Of a stretch of 64,000 bases of DNA, positions 28,859 to 36,004 are shown in pieces. Numbering within the stretch: position 1 is the stretch's first letter; the number at the start of each line of letters is the position of its first letter. A program made the position numbers and the translations under genes. Origin of the DNA: an uncultured Erysipelotrichaceae bacterium (GTDB taxonomy: Bacteria > Bacillota_I > Bacilli_A > RFN20 > CAG-826); assembly GCA_900314865.1 (NCBI GenBank), contig OMWW01000001.1, positions 1,457 to 65,456 on the forward strand, in the 5' to 3' direction. The notes beneath the pieces are model-generated. The model was not told where the DNA came from, did not search any database, and saw nothing but the letters and a program-made list of their open reading frames with translations.

Positions 28859-28973
28859 CGGTTAATTCAATGCCTTCTTGTTTAGCTAAAGCCAAAAGTT
28901 CCTCTTGGTTTTTGCAAGCTTTTACTTTTGTAATTTGTTCTTCAGTTAAACCTTTTAATAAATCTTTTTTCAT
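28728..28973 (-). pseudogene. Decayed Nif11-like GG-leader precursor: leader MKKDLLKGLTEEQITKVKACKNQEELLALAKQEGIELTE intact, GG region deleted, zinc-ribbon core in another frame
   Basis: ORF-track protein lacks the EQL..ISGGG segment. Its 3' half is identical at DNA level to the 23566-23790 copy, where the alternative frame encodes CPKCG...CQDCG. Confidence 0.55.
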
Positions 28974-28989
28974 ACGGAAAACTTATATT

Positions 28990-29274
28990 CTAGTTATCCC
29001 TCCAAGTTTTTCCACATTTTGGACAGGTAACTTCATTACCGTCTTTATCAAATTTACCGTTATATCCACAGAATGGACAATCAAATGGATTGAGTTTATC
29101 GCCAATATCGGAAACAACACTGCAGGCACCCCCGCCACTAATAACAGCTAATTGTTCGCTTGTTAATTCAACGCCTTCTTGTTTGGCTAAAGCTAAAAGT
29201 TCATCATGACTTTTACATGCTTTAACTCTCGCGATTTGTTCTTCAGATAATCCTTTTAAAAGTTCTTTTTTCAT
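28990..29274 (-). CDS. Nif11-like double-glycine leader peptide precursor with zinc-ribbon-type core (ACSVVSDIGDKLNPFDCPFCG...TCPKCGKTWRDN)
   Basis: Leader MKKELLKGLSEEQIARVKACKSHDELLALAKQEGVELTSEQLAVISGGG, then a core with CPxCG/CxxCG knuckles; RBS AAAAGGAG; box promoter 29314-29335. Confidence 0.75.
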   Translation of the reverse strand: MKKELLKGLSEEQIARVKACKSHDELLALAKQEGVELTSEQLAVISGGGACSVVSDIGDKLNPFDCPFCGYNGKFDKDGNEVTCPKCGKTWRDN

Positions 29275-29313
29275 GATTCGATCTCCTTTTCTAGATATAT
29301 CTTATCATATAGT

Positions 29314-29335
29314 TTGTCACAAAAGTGTCACAAAA
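29314..29335 (-). promoter_or_regulatory. Tandem box promoter: TTGTGACAcTTTTGTGACAAA (minus-strand sense) with -10 TATGAT
   Basis: Seen in sequence. On the minus strand it is preceded by the hairpin GGCCTCCTTGGAGGTC plus TTTTTTT (terminator of the upstream gene). Confidence 0.55.
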
Positions 29336-29418
29336 AAAGACCTCCAAGGAGGCCTAATCTATACTGAAAAGTTTTTTGTCAAATTTGTGATAAGTAACTT
29401 TGGATAACAGTGTCTATA

Positions 29419-29694
29419 TTATAAAGACCACTCATGGCCGCAGCTATTACATTTATAAGTACTACATCCACTTATTTGATAATCTGGCAATTTTCTAAAG
29501 TCTTTTGAACCGCAATTTGGGCATTTCATGGATGAAAAACATCCTCCACCACTAACAGCTTCAATTTGTTCACTAGTTAATTCAACGCCTTCTTCTTTTG
29601 CAAGTTTTAATAATTCTTCTTGGCTTTTACATGATTTTGCTTTGGCAATTTGTTCTTCGTTTAATCCCTTCAATAATTCTTTTTTCATATTCAA
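29419..29694 (-). CDS. Nif11-like double-glycine leader peptide precursor with 6-Cys core (CFSSMKCPNCGSKDFRKLPDYQISGCSTYKCNSCGHEWSL)
   Basis: Leader ...EGVELTSEQIEAVSGGG; own box promoter at 29729-29750. Confidence 0.75.
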   Translation of the reverse strand: MNMKKELLKGLNEEQIAKAKSCKSQEELLKLAKEEGVELTSEQIEAVSGGGCFSSMKCPNCGSKDFRKLPDYQISGCSTYKCNSCGHEWSL

Positions 29695-29728
29695 AGTTCT
29701 CCTCTGTTAATAGCATATTAGCACAGAG

Positions 29729-29750
29729 TTTGTCACAAATGTGTCACAAG
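29729..29750 (-). promoter_or_regulatory. Tandem box promoter TTGTGACAcaTTTGTGACAAA with extended -10 TGcTAATAT
   Basis: Seen in sequence. Confidence 0.55.
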
Positions 29751-29836
29751 AAAAGACCTCGCAAGAGGCCTAATCTAAGCTGGATAAGTCATTTTGTCGT
29801 GTTTTTACACTCGGCTTTTTTTATATGGCAATTAGT

Positions 29837-30124
29837 TTATTTGCTGGTATAACCTGTTTCGAACTCTTTACCACAATCATTACACTTGTATTTTTTCAAA
29901 ACTTTACCAGATTCTCTTAATTTAACATTAGTGCTTCTACATGATGGGCATGGCGGACAATTATCTGTGTTAGAACACGCTCCACCATTAACAGCTTCTA
30001 GTTGTTCACTAGTGAGTTCCAAATCTTCTTTTTTAGCTAAAGCCAAAATTTCATCAGTATTATTACACGCTCTTACTTTAGCGATTTGTTCTTCACTTAA
30101 TCCTTTTAATAAATCTTTTTTCAT
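29837..30124 (-). CDS. Nif11-like double-glycine leader peptide precursor with 6-Cys core (ACSNTDNCPPCPSCRS...KCNDCGKEFETGYTSK)
   Basis: Probable start MKKDLLKGL at 30124 (RBS AAAGGAGAAC); track ORF extends further upstream. Leader ends EQLEAVNGG; box promoter 30166-30187. Confidence 0.7.
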   Translation of the reverse strand: MKKDLLKGLSEEQIAKVRACNNTDEILALAKKEDLELTSEQLEAVNGGACSNTDNCPPCPSCRSTNVKLRESGKVLKKYKCNDCGKEFETGYTSK

Positions 30125-30165
30125 ATTCAAAGTTCTCCTTTGTTGGTTATATGTTAGCAAACTCT

Positions 30166-30187
30166 TTGTCACAGAAGTGCCACAAGA
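30166..30187 (-). promoter_or_regulatory. Tandem box promoter TTGTGGCACttcTGTGACAAA
   Basis: Seen in sequence. Confidence 0.55.
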
Positions 30188-30211
30188 AAAGACCGAGTTT
30201 TTACACCCGTC

Positions 30212-31048
30212 TTATAAACGTTTGATTGTTTTAATGATTTTTCTTTTTCTTCCTTGATATAATCCAGTGCCTTCATACATCAATTCAAATCCACATTTCT
30301 CCAACACTCTTCTGCTGGCTTTATTAGCCGCTAAAGCGATGCCGATTATTTGTTTGAGATTCGTGTTGTTTTTGATGTAATCCAAAAATAGATTACTAGC
30401 TTCAGTAGCGTAACCATTGCCGGTATAAATCTCAGCGATGTGATAACCAATTTCCCATCCTTCTTCTATTTTTACCAGTTGAACATAGCCGAGATTAGCG
30501 TTATCTTTCTTTCTTAAAACCGCGTAAACAAATGGGCCGCCCTCACTATCATAACAATTGATAATTTGGTTAACCACCTCACTAGCTTCTTCTAGTGAAT
30601 TAAATACTTCATCGGGAACAAATTTACGATTATTATCATCTTGCGAGTTTTTATAAACATCGTAGTACATAGATTGATTCATTCTGGCAATTTGCAATCT
30701 ATCGTTTTCAATAATGATTTGTTTATTACAAAGAATACATTTGTTAACGATATTTTTCCAATCTTGATAACGAGATAAGACTCTTAAAATATAAACACAT
30801 TTTGCAAGTTCGTTGACTTGATAAATAGCAACGTGATTTACGCAGATTAAATAGTGTGCATTCGTATAATCAAAAAAAGAATTAGCTATTTTAAGCCCAC
30901 CATAAGGGAAAGTTTCTAATTGTTCGAATCTATCAAATATTTTAAGGATGTATTGTTTAGCAATTTCTAAATTATCTTTGGCAATAAAAGGTTTGATGCT
31001 TTCAAGATCAGAAAAAGCACTATTGGTGATAATGATTTTATACGTCAT
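30212..31048 (-). CDS. ParE/RelE-family toxin domain fused in frame to a GNAT N-acetyltransferase domain
   Basis: Residues 1-~100 resemble ParE/RelE toxins (YKIIITNSAFSDL...YQVNELAKCVYILRVLSRYQDW). Residues ~110-278 are GNAT (acetyl-CoA motif IGIALAANKASRRVLEKCGFEL). ATGA start/stop overlap with the upstream Phd antitoxin gene. Confidence 0.7.
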   Translation of the reverse strand: MTYKIIITNSAFSDLESIKPFIAKDNLEIAKQYILKIFDRFEQLETFPYGGLKIANSFFDYTNAHYLICVNHVAIYQVNELAKCVYILRVLSRYQDWKNIVNKCILCNKQIIIENDRLQIARMNQSMYYDVYKNSQDDNNRKFVPDEVFNSLEEASEVVNQIINCYDSEGGPFVYAVLRKKDNANLGYVQLVKIEEGWEIGYHIAEIYTGNGYATEASNLFLDYIKNNTNLKQIIGIALAANKASRRVLEKCGFELMYEGTGLYQGRKRKIIKTIKRL

Positions 31049-31293
31049 AGTAATTTCTTTTTAGCGTCTTCCAAGGACATAACTCTTCCAGAATTAACGT
31101 CCGCAATTCCTTGATTGATTTCTTGCATTAATTTGATTGTTTTATAAAGTTCATCTAAAACATTTGAATCTATGATTGCGGTATCTTCTCTACCATTAAC
31201 TGTTATATAAACTGGTTGGCCAGTAGTTTTACATAGTTCACTTATTTCTTTATATCTATTTCTTAAATCTGCACTAGGTCTAATAATTGCCAT
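31045..31293 (-). CDS. Phd/YefM-family type II antitoxin
   Basis: MAIIRPSADLRNRYKEISELCKTTGQPVYITVNGREDTAIIDSNVLDELYKTIKL is the classic YefM/Phd N-terminal fold sequence; overlaps the toxin gene by 4 nt. Confidence 0.85.
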   Translation of the reverse strand: MAIIRPSADLRNRYKEISELCKTTGQPVYITVNGREDTAIIDSNVLDELYKTIKLMQEINQGIADVNSGRVMSLEDAKKKLL

Positions 31294-31478
31294 AAAAATA
31301 CCTCGTTATATCATAATTATATCATATGCAGATGTTTTTAAAGATTTAAAAAGCCGCTTTTTTACGGCTCTTGTATATAAGTCAATTTGATCTATAATTC
31401 TCCATCCACAATTATGTCATGTTTAAGCCTGCTCGCGAATAAGAAAAAACTGAGCGTTGCTCAGTTATACTCGTTTGT

Positions 31479-31769
31479 TTAATCGTAATTCTCAATTTTG
31501 TAGCCACAGCTTTGGCAGATATAATAGGTGCCTTTGTCTTTTAAGTTGTTGCTACCACATCTTGGACAGTCATATGGATTAATGTAATCTCCGATATCTG
31601 AAATAACGCTACAAGCGCCACCACCACTAGCAACAGCTAATTGTTCTTCAGTAAGTTCAACACCTTCTTTTTTAGCGAGTTTTAAAAGTTCTTCATGGCT
31701 TTTGCATGCTTTAACTTTAGCGATTTGTTCTTTAGTTAAACCTTTTAATAATTCTTTATTCATATTCAA
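31479..31769 (-). CDS. Nif11-like double-glycine leader peptide precursor with zinc-ribbon core (ACSVISDIGDYINPYDCPRCG...ICQSCGYKIENYD)
   Basis: Leader ...EGVELTEEQLAVASGGG; RBS AAAGGAGAAC; box promoter 31804-31825. Confidence 0.75.
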   Translation of the reverse strand: MNMNKELLKGLTKEQIAKVKACKSHEELLKLAKKEGVELTEEQLAVASGGGACSVISDIGDYINPYDCPRCGSNNLKDKGTYYICQSCGYKIENYD

Positions 31770-31803
31770 AGTTCTCCTTTATTAGTTAGATGCTATCACA
31801 ACA

Positions 31804-31825
31804 TTTGTCACAGATGTGCCACAAA
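31804..31825 (-). promoter_or_regulatory. Tandem box promoter TTGTGGCACatcTGTGACAAA
   Basis: Seen in sequence. Confidence 0.55.
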
Positions 31826-31990
31826 AAAACCTTGTAAGAGGCCTAATCTATGCTGGATGACGCTAGATCAAGCGTGGTTTCTATAGTTGTTTAACCAATC
31901 CCGTCCTGAGTTGTCCAAAACCCTTCGTCCTTTGAAGGCAAAAGAAAAACCGAGATATTTCACTCGGTCACGATAGAATGATTAATGATT

Positions 31991-32305
31991 TTACACTGGT
32001 GAACTATTGTCCGTCCATGTGTAGCCACACTTCTCGCAAGTGTACTTCTTGCCATCTTTTACAGGTCTGTTCGCACCACATTTTGGGCAATCAAACGGAT
32101 TGATTTTATCGCCAATATCAGAAACAACACTGCAGGCACCCCCGCCGCTAATAGTGGTTAGTTGCTCGTCGGTAAGTTCAATCCCTTCTTCTTTCGCTAA
32201 TGCTAATAATTCATCACTATTCTTACATGCTTTTGCTTTAGCGACTTGTTCTTCGGTTAAACCTTTTAGTAATTCTTTTTTCATAGAGTTTTTTACTCTC
32301 TCCAT
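31991..32305 (-). CDS. Nif11-like double-glycine leader peptide precursor with zinc-ribbon core (ACSVVSDIGDKINPFDCPKCG...TCEKCGYTWTDNSSPV)
   Basis: Likely start MKKELLKGL at 32284 (track ORF starts 7 codons upstream and overlaps the preceding gene). Leader ends LTTISGGG. No own box promoter, so probably co-transcribed with 32293-32580. Confidence 0.7.
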   Translation of the reverse strand: MERVKNSMKKELLKGLTEEQVAKAKACKNSDELLALAKEEGIELTDEQLTTISGGGACSVVSDIGDKINPFDCPKCGANRPVKDGKKYTCEKCGYTWTDNSSPV

Positions 32306-32580
32306 TTAAATCCGCAGCTTTGGCATTGGAATAGATTACCTTTGCCTTTCACTGCTTCAACTTTGTTGCTGCCACATTCTGGGCAATCAAACGGATTTAA
32401 AAAATCTCCAACATCTGAAACAACGCTACAAGCACCGCCACCACTAATAGCGGATAGTTGCTCATCAGTAAGTTCGATTCCTTCTTCTTTAGCTAAAGCT
32501 AAAAGCTCTTCATGGTTTTTGCAAGCTTTTACTTTTGCAATTTGTTCTTCAGTTAAACCTTTTAATAATTCTTTTTTCAT
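32293..32580 (-). CDS. Nif11-like double-glycine leader peptide precursor with zinc-ribbon core (ACSVVSDVGDFLNPFDCPECG...QCQSCGFKWRE)
   Basis: Probable start MKKELLKGL at 32580 (RBS AAAGGGG); the 47-codon N-terminal extension in the track ORF overlaps the box promoter at 32618-32640 and is unlikely to be coding. Confidence 0.7.
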   Translation of the reverse strand: MKKELLKGLTEEQIAKVKACKNHEELLALAKEEGIELTDEQLSAISGGGACSVVSDVGDFLNPFDCPECGSNKVEAVKGKGNLFQCQSCGFKWRE

Positions 32581-32617
32581 ATCAAAGCCCCTTTGTTGAA
32601 CATATCTTACCATATAG

Positions 32618-32640
32618 TTTGTCACAAATGTGCCACAAAG
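32618..32640 (-). promoter_or_regulatory. Tandem box promoter TTGTGGCACatTTGTGACAAA
   Basis: Seen in sequence; followed on the plus-strand side by GGCC-aacaaag-GGCC TAATCTA, as at 23410-23440. Confidence 0.55.
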
Positions 32641-32749
32641 AAAAAGGCCAACAAAGAGGCCTAATCTATTTAGATGAGTCATATTGTCCAATATTGAATA
32701 ATTCTCACAAAAACGGGACACAGGACTTATTTATTAAAAGAATAAAAAG

Positions 32750-33334
32750 TTATTGTTTAACTTCGATTCTAGTAATTCTCACATTATAAGTTAAAGCAAA
32801 AGTACTAGACATAATAGTAGGAATAAAAATTGATAAATACATCGCTAAATATGTATACCATCCAGAAGACATCATATGACCTAAAAAATCAAGTTTAGCG
32901 GTAATAGAGGAATAAATAGAAAATGCTAACGCCACTACTACCATTAATATAGATACAAAGCTATTAATTTTTTTGTCTTTTTGTTTTACTAAGAAAATAG
33001 ATACTAAGGCAAATAAAACAGTAAGTAGAGCAATTTGAACCGCATTTCTTTGAGGCAATAAGATATTTACCAATATCGCTCCTAAAAAAGGAATAATTGC
33101 TAATAAATAAGCAAATTCTTTTTTCTTATAACCAATAATTCCATACGTCATAATTGCTAAAACTGATAAAGTGATAAAGATATAAGAAGATATCATCCAT
33201 CCCCCAAGATCATTAATACTAATAAATACCAATAGATAAATAGAAGCCGCTAATAAGATGACCGATAAAATCATCTGCACAAATAACATTATTGCTTTAT
33301 CTTTTTTAATACCTAGTGTTTTAAGTGTATCCAT
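32750..33334 (-). CDS. Small polytopic membrane protein (5-6 TM) immediately upstream of the precursor array
   Basis: Hydrophobicity only; position makes an immunity- or export-accessory role conceivable. Confidence 0.35.
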   Translation of the reverse strand: MDTLKTLGIKKDKAIMLFVQMILSVILLAASIYLLVFISINDLGGWMISSYIFITLSVLAIMTYGIIGYKKKEFAYLLAIIPFLGAILVNILLPQRNAVQIALLTVLFALVSIFLVKQKDKKINSFVSILMVVVALAFSIYSSITAKLDFLGHMMSSGWYTYLAMYLSIFIPTIMSSTFALTYNVRITRIEVKQ

Positions 33335-33423
33335 AAATCCCCCTACATAATAATTTCTAGCGTTTTAATCTTAATATATTTTTTCACCGCCACAATTGAC
33401 TATGTTAATAATATTATAGACAA

Positions 33424-35570
33424 CTATAAACCAGCAGGCTCTTCGATGTGAATTGTGTTATTTTGAGTATCTAAAGTAGCTTCCAATCTAAGATTCAATG
33501 TTGTTACAAACATAATAGGATAAGGCACATTAAACGAAATTCTTGTTTTTTCTTCATTCAGATAAATGCATGTTGTTCTAAATATAAGATCGTTATATTC
33601 AATTTTCATCTCGTTGTTTTCGCTTGAATAGAAGTAAATTGGATTATCCTCCGTGTATAGGAATGAATTTTCGTCAGGAGTGAAAACAGTGTCAGCGTAA
33701 GGATGATCATTTTCTATTTCGGAATGAGAAACAAGATTAAAATGTTTGCTATCGCTTCCATTTTCAAATAGGAGTCTACTGCACCATAATTGACCAAAAA
33801 GAATAATCTCGTGGTCATTATTTTCATCAAACTTATATGTACCAAAACGATTGAATGTATCGTTCGGATCATCAAAATAACAAATTGCGTGATATTTATT
33901 ATCTTTTGCTGCAATAGATTTAATATGGAATGTGTTTATTGCTCCAAACTTATCAAATCCACAGACTGTAACATTTTCCTTATTTGCTCTTCTGGCACCG
34001 AATATATTGTAGCGTCCGTTTCATCTCCGATGTCAGTCAAAACAACGGAAACAAATTGCTTAATTTTTCCATATGCTTCAATGTTTACATAGTATGGGTA
34101 AGTACCTTCAATCTTTGTGTCCACATAAGAAAGATCAACATCTGAAGCAGTTATACCTACATCTTTAGATGTGCCATCTTGATATTTAAAGGTAACATAG
34201 GCGTCACCACTATTGAAGTAACTTGCAAGATCAAATCCTGGTTCAATTTCTTCTTTGAATCCTTTATATTCAACAGACTTAATGTAATTAGATTCATTAA
34301 AAACTAGATATGTTCCAAATAGACGATATCTTGAATCTAATTTGAAAGATAATTCATGTTTCCCGACCGTAGTAAAAGGATTTGAATCTAACTGTAAGTC
34401 ACAGCTTTGTAATTCTTCAAACGTCATCGTTCTATAAAAGGAAGCGCGTCCAAATTGTCTTTGAGGATGACTGAGACTAAATTGGTCTATTGTTCCAAAA
34501 GCAATAATCTCAACAAATGACCAAATTAACACTGTATTGTCTTTTGGTAGAGTATTATCACTTTGTTGTCTAACGTTATCAACTGAGACCACATTATGAT
34601 GCGTGTCTAGTCTATAGTAACCAAATAATGTAAATTGATTGCTAATAGTTACAGTGTTTTTGTATGTAAAGGACAAGCACATAGATTGTTCGCCCTCGAT
34701 TGTAGTGCTTTGGTTATTATCAACAAATTCAATTGATAAATCAGTGACAAATCGATCATCCAATCTCACATTATCAAAGTGTGTTTGCCCAGCCACTTTT
34801 TTATCTAAATCAAACGACATAACCATATTGTGCAAATCTAAGGCGTTTTCAATAGATTCATTTCGCTTTCCGTAAATATAGTTGCCCGTCGATAAGTGAG
34901 CGGCTAAAGAAGCATCAGGATTATCAACAATATAGAGTTCGCAAGGATCTTCACCATAGAACGATTGATTGACAACGATATTTGACGCTGAAGGATTGCT
35001 ACCAGGTGCATCTGCAGCTACACAGTCATAATAAATTTCACAGCAAGAAAATGTAGCAATGTCGTTGTTATTAGTTGTTACTTGGAAGAAAGATGGCTTT
35101 AGTCCATCAAAATAAACATCACCGTTTGCGTCAGGTATTTCTTCACGTGCCGAATCAGTTGTCATAGACCAAGCATATTTAACTTTAAGATTATTGCCGT
35201 TTTCAAAATGAATTCTGGTTAAGCCATTAATTGGATCTCTAACAACACCCGATTTATCCATAAGGTTGCCAAACCAGCCATCTAAGCCTAATTTTACTTT
35301 TTCTTCATTTTTTAAATTTGTAATACCATTTTGAAGTAGTCTAACTGTGTTATTTCGATATGTTTTTACATCGACATAATAATATCCACCTACATCATGA
35401 GGTTCTTTGGTGAGTTGCTCATTTTCATAAGATAAATCAATTCTCATTGGGGTGTCGTAGGCATTATTTAGGACAAAATTAAGATTTTGGCTAAGCACAG
35501 AAGAAAAAGTGATTGTTCCAAGAGCTAAAACAAACGCTGATAGAAATACCACTAGTTTTTTCTTTTTCAT
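33424..35570 (-). pseudogene. Large secreted protein gene apparently disrupted near 33914-33936 (intact N-terminal 544-aa ORF 33936-35570, then the same domain continues in two other frames down to 33424)
   Basis: Own translation: sequence past the stop at 33936 still reads as a coherent domain in other frames (..NKYHAICYFDDPNDTFNRFGTYKFDENNDHEIILF.. then ..IENDHPYADTVFTPDENSFLYTEDNPIYFYSSENNEMKIEYNDLIFRTT..). Confidence 0.45.
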
Positions 35571-35756
35571 GTCTTCACCTCAATAATTTATTATTATAAT
35601 GTCCGCGGGTTGTATTGAAAATTACTTTATATTTCAAACCATTTTTTTATAACATAATTGAAAAGAAAAATGATCGCTTTCATAAATAATTTTCATTTCT
35701 GCCATTCAAGACACCACTATTATGTATTTTTTAAATCTTTAAAGGTCGCTGCTGGA

Positions 35757-35816
35757 GGGGCATTAACTCGGTTGGGAGAAGCTTCGTTCGCACGAGGAGG
35801 TTGGGAGGTTCGAGAC
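35757..35816 (+). pseudogene. tRNA-Ala-like remnant (5' ~55 nt: acceptor 5' strand, D-arm, anticodon-arm-like TTCGCAC, T-arm GGGAGGTTCGAGAC; no 3' acceptor)
   Basis: Aligns to the intact tRNA at 37211-37286 (TAACTCGGTTGGGAGAAGCTTCGTTCGCACGAGGAGGTTGGGAGGTTCGAG vs TAGCTCACCTGGGAGAGCGCATCGTTCGCAACGATGAGGTAGGGAGTTCGAG); opposite orientation. Confidence 0.4.
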
Positions 35817-36004
35817 ATAAAACAAAAGCCCTCTTACGAGGACTTGTTTGGATAAGTCATTCGTGAACAAGAAAAACCGAGTTTTTACACTCGGCTATTA
35901 TCTATTTTGGTATCACTTTCTTTTGGTATGCTCTTTTGCCACAATGTAGGCATTTCATATATCTAGTTCTATTAACAAAATCAACGAAGAGTAGAATGCA
36001 AATA

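Noticed and set aside
30166-30187. TGGCAC in the boxes as a sigma-54 -24 element (TGGCAC-N5-TTGCA)
   Set aside because: The downstream partner is TGACA/TGGCA without the essential GC of the -12 element. Half of the copies read TGTGACAC rather than TGGCAC. A sigma-70-type -10 (TATGAT / TGnTAATAT) sits at the right distance instead. No EBP-type activator is seen.
22127-32640. Regularly recurring ~22-bp repeats across 21.9-32.7 kb as a possible CRISPR array
   Set aside because: Spacing is irregular (300-4500 bp). The intervening DNA encodes genes with RBSs. The repeats are promoter-like direct-repeat boxes with adjacent terminators, and no cas genes are present.
28990-32721. Interpretation of the cassette array as an integron (attC-flanked cassettes)
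   Set aside because: No intI integrase or attI nearby. The repeats are promoter/terminator modules on the same strand as the genes, with each cassette carrying its own promoter, unlike promoterless integron cassettes.
35658-35855. 65-aa ORF in the intergenic region upstream of the 544-aa gene
   Set aside because: It overlaps the tRNA-like remnant and a repeat module. It has no RBS and an implausible translation, so it is treated as non-coding.
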